Below are positions 13,575 through 26,700 of a stretch of DNA of 64,000 nucleotides, piece by piece (positions within the stretch are counted from its first letter, which is position 1; each line of letters opens with the position of its first letter). The stretch comes from Marsupella aquatica (lineage: Eukaryota > Plantae > Marchantiophyta). Where the stretch lies: NCBI GenBank assembly GCA_973895155.1, contig OZ316894.1, forward strand, positions 2,744,457-2,808,456. Reading direction: 5' to 3'. A program made the translations under genes and the position numbers. The notes beneath the pieces are model-generated. The model saw only the letters and a program-made list of their open reading frames with translations. It made no database searches and had not been told where the DNA came from.

Positions 13575-14986
13575 GAAGTCCCTGCACAGGGCAATCATAG
13601 TCTTTGCCAGAGCATTCAAACTATGTAGGAACATCATGTGATAAATGGGTACCGCGTGAAGTGGGCGTGAAGTACGTTCTTAACCAGGATTGCTCTGCCT
13701 GCATGCAAAGGATCAATAGGAAATGAGTGGGCCATGTAGAGAGTCTAGCGCTGATTTTGTCCAAGCAAAAAGTGTGAAGCTGAGAAGGATTCAATCCCCA
13801 ACCCAAAGGAGTCCCAAGCCCGGCCCCAAGATAGCACTGTATTTCTCATTTGTTCCTAATCGGGTTCCTAATTTTACAACCTGTCCTGATTAGCCATTTA
13901 GAATTTTCATCCATTGCCAGATGGATGATTGTAGATTTGTGTAGATTGAGTTTAGCAAGCTAAAGCCTGTTTGACTTTGTAAAAGTCTTACTCTGATGCC
14001 GGTACTCCCATATAGGCATTGATAATCTGTATGCCCCTCAGACCCCCTTGTGAAATTTCAAAGTCGAGGAAGTCCATAAGTGGCTGAGTCGCAATAACAA
14101 ATAAGAGGGGGAGAGGGGGCACCCTTGGCAAAATCCCCTAAGCATGAAAATATCACCAGAACATAATCTGTTGATATGCGATGTGCACTTTAGAGCAAGC
14201 CCCTGTGAGTAGAGATCTGACCAATGCAAACTGATAAAGTGACTCTGGGAGTGACTCCCAATACTGAGCAGATGCATGGATTCCCAAATGTAAGAATGGC
14301 AAACTGTGTCAAAGGCCTTTTAATTCAAAGTCTAGCTCAAGAAACAAAGCACAATGTTTTGTGGTCCTGATCCAATCTATAGTCAACAATTCCCTAGAGA
14401 TATTCTCAAGAATATGTCTACCCAGAACATAACCAGTTTGTTGGGGGCTGACTATCTTGTTGAGGAGAGGCTTCAGTCTCAAAGCTAAGATCTTGGCCAC
14501 AATATATCTTGTAGATAGTGTTGAGCATAGTTAAAGGTCTCCAATCTTTCAAGCGACGTTTATTAGGCTCCTTAGGGATAAGCTTGTTCTCCATAAATTT
14601 AGAATCATTGCTTTGAACATGTCAGATTTAATAAAGTGACAGTAGGAACAGTAAACCTCTGCAGTAAGGCCATCAGGGCTGGGCGCCTTCTCTGCAGGTA
14701 AAAGCCACAGTGGGTTTCTTATATCCTCCATAGTGGGCGATAATTCTCCGATGTGGTTAGCCCTTTTGCACCATTAAGGAACAGCTGGCGGCTTGCTTCA
14801 CCAACATCTCTGGAGGTGCTTTTGGCAAGATCTTCTAGGGCTATGTAATGAGACATGTACATTGAACTTCCAACACCTTCAGGATCAGTCCTGCCTGTGC
14901 GATTGTAGAACCATCATCCGGTAAAAGCAAGGACATAGCTTCACTTCATCTTTTTGCTTTGACTGTGGCAAAATAGTTATCTAAAC
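13575..14986 (-). pseudogene. Degenerate L1-type LINE reverse transcriptase fragment
   Basis: Broken frames carry YFATVKAKR, KAPSPDGLTAE, KILALRLK..IVSPQQTGYVLGRHILENI, LELDF and RGFCQGCPLSP. Confidence 0.85.
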
Positions 14987-15945
14987 CATAGATCTGTGAC
15001 ACCAGCTTATACGGTCTCATCATTTGCATGATTGTTTGATTGTTTTTTCTGTTTAATTATTGTCTGGAAGGGGACAGTCATTCTTTATTTCTCAACAGTG
15101 TACAAAGGTCATTTGCTGAACTTTGTTCACTTGTTGTGGGCCCAAAAATGGCCCCTACATGATGTATATTGTTTGCTCTGTATTGTCAGATGGCATGTAT
15201 AGACGTGTTCCAATTGTTGTGATGAGACCATATTTGTTTTTATTATATAACATTGCAAAAGAAACATAAACGCCAAACAGGAAGACAGGGTCCCAAAAGG
15301 CAGAACAACCAAAAGGCCCCAAATGTTTAGTAGCATACATAAAGTGTACATACACCTTATATCGAATCTCCAGGGCACATCAGGATGGCTCACATGGGGA
15401 GAGGAGAGATAATTAACCTAATTCCTTTTGTTTTCTTGGTTTAGTTTTTTCCTGAGAACTAAAAGGCCATGCATAAATCTATGGAAGTTAATGTTAACCC
15501 ATTTTTTTGGGCCCCATACACTGCCCATACGCCCCAGTCCTTGATGCTGTTGCCCACTCCAGCCTGATCAACTTTGTACCATCAACTTTGGGTTTATTTT
15601 CTATTACCCTTTACTTTTTATCGATCGCTCCAGCCTGATCAACTTTTTACCATCAACTTTGGGTTTATTTTCTAGCACCCTTTACTTTTTGTTGACTGCA
15701 ATATCTTCACGGAAGCTTAAGATATATGGTACCACTTCAATTGAAGAGTGAAGCATTGGGCAAAACATCAACTGAGACTTTGAACCAAAGTTTTGACAAT
15801 GACAAAAGCCAAATACTCATAAGGGTACAAGGCAGAGGCGACGGCATAGGCTTGTGTATTATCGACTGAGTTAAGTACCTTGCAACAAACACCAACCAAA
15901 GCCAATGAAGAAGAATGGTGTGGAGAAGTGCTGCCTAATCTCAAA
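14987..15945. repeat. Direct repeat copy B, with ~270 bp of extra sequence at ~15120-15390
   Basis: Matches 12900-13574. Confidence 0.9.
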
Positions 15946-17064
15946 TTGGAATGGAGGGGGGGGGGGGGTGGTGGCAAGAAGCGAAGGGTGTGGAAGTTTA
16001 GGGTGTAGAGTTTAGGGTTTGCCGAGTTGTGATTGCCATTTTGGCAACACTTCTTTCCAATGTAGTCATATATGGCTGCTTTGTAACAGAGTCTAATTAA
16101 TTGTTCAGGTACAGCCTGCTACTTTGGGTAAGAGTCACGATTGACAGAGTATTGGTTTATGAAACTTGTGATTAATTCCCTTGTCTCCTGAGGTCTCACT
16201 CAGGCCAAAACAATTAACACATCACATGTAACCAACCATGAGGTCATTCTAATAATTTATTCCAAGGGCTAGGAAATACTTGAATTGTTTTGTGACAGAA
16301 CGTTAGGGCCTTAAGATAATGTTATTCTACCAAGTTTTCTAACATTCCAAAAACAACAAATATTATTAAACAGAGGTAAGAAATTTCCTGTTTTTTTTTA
16401 AGTTTTAGGGGATTGACTTTGAGCCTTCAAACTGTTTGCACATGATGGGGGGGGGCCATATAGTGAGACAACAATGAAACTTTGAAGTTCAAGGCTGTTT
16501 GTCAGTTTGTCAACACTCTTAAGTTCCCCATTGACATTGCAAATAGCACAATTTCTTAAGCTCCGTTGAGGTATTGCAGTCACTCTACAAGAAATGAAGC
16601 GTGCCAGAACATAAAGCCAAAGTCTATTAGGCTGGAGCGGAAACATGCAGCATTGGGGACTGGGACGGGAGTAAGTGTACGGCCCCCCAGAAAAATTGGG
16701 GAGCATTAATTTGACATAGATTTAATGTACGTGTGTGGTATCTAGCTAAAAGCAAGATGATGCAGATAATTATTGAGTAGGCGAATAATGCAAATTTTTA
16801 TTGATTAGCTTGTATGTAAATTCTCTTTGCAAGCCTTTGCCTAGCTATAGTATCAGGTTAAGTATGAGAGGCCAGTCTCTGGAGTCATCAGCTGGCCCCA
16901 ACTAGAGTGGTAGAGCACATCAATGGGGCAGGGCAGATTTTTAGTTGGAAATCTGCAAGCGTGGTTCCTTTTTAACATTCACCACCTAGATACTCTTAAA
17001 ACAATTTGGAGGCACTTGGCAGCGAGTGTAGGCAGGTACGTTTCATAGCTTATAATGCTGTACA

Positions 17065-17895
17065 TTTTATTTATTTTATTTATTTTTTAATTTTTATTTT
17101 ATTCCGCTTGAACCCCACGGAGAGGGCAACCAGCAGGCCAAAAAAGGCATAAAGAGAGACCCTAAGGGGCAAGCAACAAAAGAAGATCCATGATAGTGCA
17201 CATCAGGGGTAGTGGTAGTGCAGCTCCAAGTAGAGGGGAATTGCTTCCCTCATCCAAGTGCCTAAAATACTCCCTAATCTAGACAGCGCAAAAAGTCCTT
17301 AGCACATAACCTACTCGCACTATTTTTATGTGTGCCTATCAGCCGTCCTGTCTTCTTCACCTGTTTAAGTGTTTAACAGAACCATCTCAGCAAGGCATGA
17401 GTTGTAACAATTCTTCTAACTCCCTTCCTGATAAGCACTATTTGTTCTGTCTCTAACAGTCTCAACGCCTTGGTCAACCTATCAAGTTTCCTTCCTGAGG
17501 ATGGGAAGATGGCTGAAGCCACACCCGTGAGATGGTCCATTGTTTTGGCAATGACTTGTAATGGGTCAAAGACTCTATTAGGGGTCAATTCAAAAACCTG
17601 TGTATTCCGAGCATTCCACAAACTCCACAGAACCTGGTAGATTACGAAAGCGCGCAGTGAGTGTATGGAAAGACTACCCTACATAAAACCCAGCAAATCA
17701 GTAATACTTGCAAAGCTCCCAATAAGTCCTCCCTACATCCAGCTTTTGATCTCTGTCCAGACTCCAAGAACATGATAGCAGTGACAAAACAGATGAGGGA
17801 TAGTTTCCATCCTACGGGAGCAAAGTGAGCAGCAACCGTCAGATTTCCCAATTCTTACTGCTCGCGAGCCAGTGCAAATTCCTTGTGCCACAATA
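17065..17895 (-). pseudogene. LINE ORF2 C-terminus (zf-RVT) and 3' tail
   Basis: Reads IVAQGICTGSRAVRIGKSDGCCSLCSRRMETIPHLFCHC and WNARN, continuing ..RAKVFIW from 27966 across the CACTA insertion. Confidence 0.85.
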
Positions 17896-18732
17896 CACTA
17901 CTACACTATTGGCCCCTTTTGCGAACCCATACACATCGCAATCAACAAAGGCCCGATAAATAGAATCCGGCACTTGCGAACTAACACGCATCGCTACACC
18001 ATCCCAAATTGCGAAGTTAAAACCTTCGCATGCGGACCATCGCAACGCCATCGCAACACCATCACAATTTCCTAACCAAATTCCCTCGCAACTTGTCGAA
18101 CACTTCCGAGTTCAAAATCGTCGCAAACGCTTCGCATTATGCCGCACGGTCCTTTGTTACCGACGTTGGTTTTTGTGAAGCTGGAAGGTTCGCTACGTGT
18201 TTGTGATGGGAATGAGTTTGATATTTGCGATGTCGTGGGGTTGGCAACTAGCGAGCCTTATAAGATCACTCTTATGCAAAATAAATTTGATGGGGACTTC
18301 CGATCTAAATTGGATCGGAACTTGTGACTTGGTTTAGGCCAGAAGTTGGGAACCATTTGACTTCGCAACTTGTGATGTTACTTGGTTCTATAATAGCGAT
18401 CCGAGTCATTTTAGTATTTCCTAGTTATCCAAGTTCGCAATGGGTTCGCACTTTCATGGGAACACGACTTTCAATCAATGTTTTGCAAGGGATTTCTCTT
18501 GGCAGTGGACCCAATGTGGAAGGCAAATGTTTTTTATAAGATCCATGCAAGTATATAGGTGGATATACCAAAATGTTAGGGCTTGAATTAAGGAACCCAA
18601 TACACAAGAGGGGTGGCATATCTGATGCCGGCCAAGTCACCCTACTCAACATATCCTATCCTAGCTAAGCTCCAACATGGCTAGTCAGTGACATGTATCT
18701 CATGAGCCCGGTCATGAGATTCTACAAGCTAA

Positions 18733-20797
18733 CTAAAATGGACTCTTCCAACCCCGCTTTGTCGGCTTCTTTGCCGGCTTCTTTGCCGGCTTCTTGCCCT
18801 TATCCTTCTGTGGATGTACAGCCTGGTGCTGACGGGTGTGCGGTGCCTTTCGGCGCTGCTGCTCCTCCTGCTCCTCCTCCTCCTCCTGCCCATCCTCCTC
18901 CTCGTCACCTCCCTCCTGCTCCCCCTCATCATCAACCTGTCTTGATGATGCACGACTACTACCACTACCGCGATGGGATGAACCTACCTCCCGGCTACTG
19001 CCCCTCTCCCTAGAACCGCTGGTAAGAGGAGTAGCCCCCTCATCCTCATCATCACTACTACTTGCGTCAGCACCCGACCCCTCAGGCTCATCCGAATCCT
19101 GCATCCGTACACTTAATCAGTTTCTACAAATTAAAAAGGGTCATCCACAATGTTGGCATCACAATTAATTAAACCTTGAACACCTAGATACTTACAGTAG
19201 CCAACTAGGCATCCACCATCTGAAAGAGGTACTTTCTCCCATGGTCCATCCCTATCTCAATATGTTTCTTGGATATCTTCCTCTTATATTTCCGGTACTG
19301 CCATGCACCATAAAACCAAAAAGTAAACCCATAGGCTAAACCAAAATTCACAATGCGAGAGGCCTTAGGCCTAGAAAAGTTAAACTACTTTGAAAACAAC
19401 TCAAATTCACATTTGCGAAGCTAATGCGTTCACAAAATGCGAAGCCCTAATTTTTGCGAAGGCATTGCGATGGCTTTTGTGATGCGCGTACCTTCGCAAC
19501 AGCATCAGAAAATCCAAAAAGAAAAAAGTGCATAATAGAGTTTGCGAGGCTCTTGCGAACGAATACGCATTGCAATGGGATCGCAAACTGTGATCCCGAG
19601 AGGTTTTTAAAAATGCGCAAATTTCTAAGTGTCAGTCGTGACCTAAAACAATGCACAAGCAAGCACATGAGAGCATGGACATTCATGACATTCCATTCAC
19701 TTGCATTACCTCAACTGAGAAAGTAAGGAGGAAAGAGCTTAGGGAGGAGAGGAGACACTCACAAAGTGGGCCTTGAGACCGGGGAGCCCGCCTTGACCCA
19801 GCTTGTGGACTGGATTTGGGGTGGCTTTCACTCGCTTGGCTGCATCCATGAAACGTTTGGGTGGTCTTCCTTCTTCGTCGACCACCTTTTGCACATCAGC
19901 TACCTTCTGCTCGAGTCCCTTCAGGTCATGGTCAAGGGGGAGCTTCCCGGTCTCCTTTGCTTTCAGGGATCGAGCTAGTGTATCCTTCCATTGTTCCAAC
20001 TTGCGAGTTGCTTTGATTTGCACCTCAATCTTGTAAAATGCATTCCAGATGTCCTCAGTGAATTGGAGGGGCCTGCGCAAATTCCTGTACGATCTCAAGT
20101 CTCTCAGGTGGGCTCTAATCTTCATCCTATCATGGTATCTCATTTGAGACATGGAATTAGAAATCTTGTCTGCCAGCCATTGCTCATCTATGTCAGCTCC
20201 ATTACGAAATGCATCCTTGATCTGATTCATCACTCTCTTTCGCTCTGCCTTCTCAACCTTTCCCCATTGCATGCCTCGTGAGAAATTGCTTGTGATGATC
20301 TGTTTGATGGTGCTCTTAGCCCCTGCATAGGCTAGCTCAGTTGGAGTCCCAGTTGTCTCCAAGGCAATGAATGGAAGCTTTTTCCTTGCATCCTCTTTCT
20401 GACGTTGCTCATCTCGTTGTTTTCGAATTGCATCCCTCTCCTCTCTTCTCTTCTGTTTTTCTATGGCTTGAGGAGAGGCAACTCCCGACTTAGCCCTCTC
20501 CTCCCTCTTCCTTCTTTTCTCTCTAGCCTTCTCCTCAGCTGCGACCCTCTCTTCCTCGTCTCTAGTAGCTTGCCCTGCCACAATTCCTGTTTGCAAAACC
20601 TGGCCTAAAATGGCACTCAAGGAGGCAAGCCCTGCTGGAGTATTCAAATTTACTTCACCCAACTGTGCAGCACTGAGATGTTGGGCTACTAAGTCGCTCC
20701 ATGCATTATGTTGCTTCTCCTGATTTGCCCCATTGCCACTACCACCAGCACCATGTCCTCCACTCCCACCATGCTCTCCACTCCCACCGGTAGCCAT
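18733..20797 (-). pseudogene. CACTA second (TnpA/Ptta-like) gene; exons 20797-19763, 19297-19196, 19098-18733
   Basis: 352-aa first ORF with a charged coiled coil and the motif HKLGQGGLPGLKAHF. Both GT-AG introns are phase 0. Exon 2 has one in-frame TAG. The tail is acidic then basic. The gene is divergent from the transposase. Confidence 0.7.
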
Positions 20798-21239
20798 AGC
20801 TCAATCCCTCTCAGGTCTCTCTCAATCTTCTCCCCGCGGCCCCTTCTCCTCTCGCTCTCCTGATCAAACAAGGAATGAGCTTGATGCGAGCTCCCGCCGA
20901 CACTTACGCATTTCAAAAAAACCTCTTTGCGATCACATTCGCATCACAAACTGCCACCCTATTACCTTCGCAAACGGTCTCGCAACTTGCGATACTTTTG
21001 TGAAGAACATACCCTCGCTAATCCATCGCAACCCGCAAAAACGCCCAAAAATTGTTCTCGGCCTCTGTATTTGCGAAGATGTTGCGAACCCGGGAGGTTC
21101 GCAAAATGCATCTCTAATTTGTGAAGCAATTTGCGAGGCAGGTGATCTCGGTTTAGGGTGGGAAACTATCCCAGGTGTTTAAACGGCTTTACAAGGGTAT
21201 GGCCTATTTAAACCCTTTTAACTCAACATGGATTTGTGA

Positions 21240-22135
21240 ATGGCCAATTAGTTTGAAGAAGAGGATTTTAGGTTGTAGTTGGGCTTTGTGTTTTTGTTTT
21301 TGAATCTTAATTGGGTTCTAATTTAACAAAGGGTTTGAGTTTTAATTTGGGGTTTGGATTTAGAAACGGTTTAGTTTAGGGAGGGTTGTGTTTCAATTGA
21401 AGGGGTTAATTTGGGTTTAGGTTTTAATGTAAGGGTTGGGTTTGACTTTTCACTGATTTCATATTTTTTGCTCTATACATATTTCAGTTTAGGGACATGG
21501 TTTTAATAGAGGGCTTTAAGTTAGGGTCTAAGGTAGGGGTTTGGGTAAGGTTGTAATTGAGAAGTTTGGGTTAGGGTTTAGGGTAGGGGCTTGATTTTGG
21601 TTTAAGTTTAGGGGTTTGGGTTAGGTTTAGGGTAGGGGCTTGATTTTGGTTTAAGTTTAGGGGTTTGGGTTAGGTTTTAAGTATAGGGGTTGGGTTCCAT
21701 TTTAATTCTAAGTTGTGTTTCATTTTTAATTGTGGGGTTTGGGTTAGGATTTTTGGGTAAGGGTTTGATACGTAATGAGGGAATATGGATAGGTAACTTA
21801 GGATGGAGTTTGAGTTAGGGTTTAAGGTAGGGGTTTGAGTAAGGTTTTAGCTGAGGGGTTTGGGTTAGGTATTGAATATAGGGGATCGATGGGTTCAATT
21901 ATAATTCAGGCTTGTGTTTAATTTTTAATTTAGGGATTTGGGTTAGGGTTTAGGGTAAAGGCTTCATAGGTAATGAGGGAGTTTGGGTTATGGTTTCAGA
22001 TGGGGTTTGAGTTAGGTTTTAGCTGAGGGATTTGGGTTAGGGTTTGAATGTAGCAGTTGGGTTTTTAGCGTAGGGGTTTTGGTTAGCTAGGGCTTTGGGT
22101 AAGGGTTTTATATGTTCATGTTTAGGGTAGGTTTT
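21240..22135 (+). repeat. Degenerate telomere-like (TTTAGGG/TTAGGG/TTTGGG) array inside the CACTA
   Basis: G/T-skewed stretch with repeated GGGTTTGGGTTAGGGTTTAGGGTAGGGG-type units between the two divergent genes. Confidence 0.85.
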
Positions 22136-22570
22136 TTTTCTAATTGAGGGTATGCTTTCTTTATTTCATTAACATGAAGGGGTGGAACACTCTAGGAGTT
22201 ACAGGGCACTTCCCCATCGTTTTGAGAGTTTTGGCTAATGCATATGCATTGCGAGAGCTCGGGCATCTGAAAGGTAAAGCTTGTTTTCCTGGCATTTTTT
22301 ATTTGTACTGTAACTTGAGGGTCTATCATCCCTTTCTATAGTTTACATAAGTCATTGCTTAATTCATTGTATATTTGCAGATTTCTCCCTCCTACTTCCA
22401 GATTGGGTTCATCAAGTTTGGACCAAAAGACCTATAGGCATTGCTGAGCCCAGGTCTCATAAAGGTATTTTTTCCTTTCATTTCAGTTTAATATGTCTAC
22501 TTAGGGATTACAAATGATCGTTTTAGCTATTTGTTTACTAACTCGCTATTCCAAATCTTCCACTTGCCAG

Positions 22571-23722
22571 ATGTCTTCATCCTCTACAACTTCCACCACA
22601 TCAGACTCCTCCTCTGATGAGGACATAGATCCTCCTCCTCAGCCTGAAACAGCCGCTCGTCGACCTAGTGGTCCACCACGCCAACTTTGCAGTTGTAAAA
22701 AATGTGTGGGGATGGTTGTCCAGAAGTCATATGTATGTGCAGACCATATTTCTCGATATGGACAACATCGAGGTCTTACACCCGGAGCCTCTTCATCCCA
22801 TACGGTGAGTTGTAAACTTACTATGGTTTATTTTTTATTCAATTAATATTGCTAGCATGATAAGTTGGGGAAGTTTACAATCACTTTGTTGGATTTGTTC
22901 CCTATAGGTATCTAATAGGCCTACACCCACGGCACCAGCACCCTATGTTCCCTCACAAGGAGTTCTAGATGCTATAGGCTCGGCCCTTTCACAAGCTTTT
23001 CGTTTAGTTGCAGCAGAGCGAAGTGGTGTTGGGACAGTTCAGGGTGATGGTATTGTTACACGAGGGAAAAAACGGTCTAAAAGGCAACCTAGAGGGGAAG
23101 TTGATCAGTACACCTGTAGGGTTGATGGTAGGTGGGGACCTTGTACATTCACAGGGAAATGTGTTCCTATCATAAAGGATTGGAATCCTGATTGCCTTGG
23201 TTTGCCATGTGATATAACCTATGGTGAGGAAATAGAGGTTTGGGGAAGACATTGGATTGTCAAAAGTTCTACACTAGGGGAGAGACATGGGTATGAAATT
23301 TTTTCTTGCCAGGACATCATTGTGGATGATATGGGTGGAAAAGGGCGCTCTCAAGATGGACCAACGTTGTTCCCATATGGTGGACCATTTACAAGCGAAG
23401 ACATTGGAACATGCTCCTTGTACAACACCCTGAGTGGAAGACTTATGCATTGGACATGGATACTTTTGATGGTTGCACTAGGAAGTATAGTGAACAACGT
23501 ATAATTGATGGTGATCCCATCCGTAGTGGAAATATAGCCGGTTTCATTAACAGTACTGTGGGGACCCGGCCTAAGCGTAGGAAAAACTGTGAATGGGTTT
23601 TTGTTGATGGTCCCCCTCCAGCACCATATGGGCAGAGATATCATCATGACCATTGTCTACTTGTAGCTACTAGGACCATCAAGGCCGGAGAGGAGTTGTT
23701 TACACATTATGAGTGGGATTAG
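22571..23722 (+). pseudogene. CACTA-encoded SET-domain protein (exon 22571-22804 plus exon 22908-23722; one frameshift at ~23388)
   Basis: Reconstructed frame contains WIVKSSTLGERHGYEIFSCQDI, LFPYGG, YALDM, IIDGDPIRSGNIAGFINS, NCEW and LVATRTIKAGEELFTHYEW, matching SET signature motifs in order. A basic NLS-like RGKKRSKR lies upstream. Confidence 0.8.
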
Positions 23723-26700
23723 GCTTATTTTAGGGATATGTATTATTTATATGTTCCTTCATGCTTTGTGAACATATATTTTGTAAGTTAGGGTTTACAC
23801 CCTAAACCTATGATGTTCTTTCACATTGTATGTTAATAATATGTGTCGATATTGTTTTTGTCTTATGAGGGATTTAATTTGGAGTTTGATTGTGAATGCT
23901 TTATTGTATTGTCCATAGAATGTGCGACCTAGCCAAGATATGTTGCCAAGGAGGTTGAGAGCTACATATGAAGAAATGGGCATGCCACAAGACGGAGTCA
24001 CATCATCAACAGATTCTTCATCCAATGACAGTGACAATGAGGGTTTGGACGAAGGGGCACCTAGGACAGATTTTGAGGTCATGCAGGACCAGGAGACAGC
24101 CATGGATGACTTCATGACAGATTGGTTTGGTGTGGACGCCCGTGTGGACGTTGATGGTGAAGGACGTGGGCCACCCAATGAAGGAGCTCCTCCACCAAAT
24201 GCTGCACATGACCCCCGACCTCAACATACACCAAAAGGTCAACAACAATGGGAAGAAGCGGAGGCACATGCTAGAACACCTATTTATGGGGGTGCTCGTT
24301 TGAATAGACTCTCTACCATCTTGGCATTGATGAATCTTTAGGCAAAACACAAGGCAAGCAATGCCCTTCTATCGGATTTGTTTGCAATTTGCCATGACCT
24401 CATGTTACCTAGTGACAATGTATTGCCAGGAACTTGGAAGGAGGCAAAGAGAGTTCTATCATCCATTGGTATGGAATATCATATCATTCATGCTTGTATG
24501 AATGACTGCATCCTATATCATGAGACCAATGCCAGCATAACTGAGTGTCCAATTTTTCATGAGCCTCGATATGACAACAACATGTTGACGAAAAAGGTGC
24601 CCAGGAAAGCTGTCCGTTGGTTTCCCATTATTCCTCGATTGTTGCATATGTATCGATGTTCTGACTTGGCAGAATTGATGGTATGGCATAAGACACATCG
24701 ATCAAAGGCTGGTGTCATGCGGTTGCCAGTTGACTCCCCTGCTCACAAGCATGTGGAGGCACAATGGCCAGAGTTTGCACATGACCCTCGTCATGTGAGG
24801 TTGGGGTTGGCATCGGATGGGGTCAGCCCACACTCCCTTGGTGGGAAAGGACGCCCAACATCAGTTTGGCCGGTGGTTGTTATGAATTACAATCTTCCAC
24901 CATGGTTGTCCATGAAAAAGGGCTTCTTATTGCTATCATTGATTATCCCAGGTCCATCTAAGGTAAAAAACATGGACACCTATTTGGCACTATTGGTTGG
25001 GGAACTCCAAAAATTATGGGAGGGTGTGTGGGCCTATGATGGTCAAAAAACTACAGGGGGATTACCACGTGTCTTCAAATTGAAGGGAATCAATATGTGG
25101 ACCATGCATGACTATCCTGGTAAGGGGTATGGATTGGTGTTTTTTTTATGTAATAGAGAGTTTGTTTTAAAAGAAGTCCCTCATATTTATGTATGTACAT
25201 GAACTTTTTAAATCCTTTGACTCTAATTGAGAAAGTTATTTTGGTTTGGGTTTGTTGCAGGGTTTGGGTTTGTTTCAGGGTTACAAACTCAAGGGTATAA
25301 GGCATGCTCCACTTGTGGTCCAAGCCTTGAAGATATGGCCAAGTACTCAAGATGGCTTCGCAAGATAATCTACCTTGGGCATACCAAGTTTCTTCCACTT
25401 GGACATGAGATGAGGTCTGACCCCCTTCTATTTTCAGACTTTGACATGATCAATGGTGATGAGCGTGACATACCTGAGCGTACATCCTTTGCACATTGGA
25501 AATCCATAGCTGATAGGGTGGTAGACCCTAACGACCCCATGACATTTGATGGAAGTGGGTTGACGAGGTGGAGTATACTAGCCACATTGCCGTATTGGCC
25601 AGAGTTGAAGATTCATCATTTGTTAGACCCCATGCATATAGAGGGAAATGTTGGGAAGGCTTTGATCAAGCATTTTTATGGAGAAAAGGACCATAATTTT
25701 AGGGAGGCATGCCAGGATCTAGAACGACATCCAGATGTATGGATAACAGTTGATGCATCAACAGGGATGGAACACCGTCCTTCAGCTCCTTGGGTTTGAG
25801 TGTTGGTGAAAGAAGAGAGTTTCGACAACGCATAGGTCAGATGCGGTTTCCTACAGGCTATGGTGCCAATCTCTGGAAAGCTTTTGGGATGGAGGACAGT
25901 CATAAGTGGCCAATGTATTTGAAGACACATGACTATCACCGTTTACTACAACATATACTTCCTGTGGCAATCATAGGCTTGGGCAGTGAAGAAATGCAAG
26001 ACGCCCTATGGTCATTGGGCACTTTGTTGAGATGGATATGCTCAAAGGAAATATATGAAGAAGAGATCCCACGGATGGAGGTATTGGCAGCAGAGGTAGT
26101 GTGCAAGTTAGAGAAGGCCCTCCCTCCTTCCTTCTTTGATTGTCAAGTACATTTACTTGTTCATCTTGTGAGGGAGGTTGCCATTGCTGGTCCAGTGCAT
26201 TGTCGTTGGATGTATTGGTTGGAAAGGTATATGGTTGTGTTAAAGGCTTATGTACGGAATCATGCACGACTGGAGGGGAGCATGGCAACAGGATACTTGG
26301 CAGCTGAGAGTATGTTCTATTGCAGCAACATCTTAGCTACCATTGATCCTAGTTGTTCACGCAGTTGGATGGAAGAGAGAGAAATGGAGGAGGATCGTTT
26401 AACAGGAGCCAAAAAAACACGCTTACTGACCGGAGTGGAGTTGACACAGATGACTACTTTCATGTTGAGTAATAGTACTGTGATGGAAGAATGGAGAGAG
26501 TTTTATGAGGATGCAAAGAGGGAGAGTCGTCGTCCAAGGATTTTTCCAAAGTTCCTTGAGTATATGAGGGAGAAAGTACTTCAGTTGGATGCTATGGTGG
26601 CCCAAGGTGAGAGTGTATCACAATTTCCAGGTATGACTCCTGAGGTTCGAACAATTGTTCATGGCCCTTTGAGATTTGTTCAGACCAGAACAGCAATGTG

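Noticed and set aside
18693-19168. Pro-rich and Ser-rich plus-strand ORFs
   Set aside because: They are antisense shadows of the acidic last exon of the TnpA-like gene.
21240-22135. True telomere or chromosome fusion scar
   Set aside because: The repeats are highly degenerate, in a single orientation, and enclosed within a TSD-flanked CACTA.
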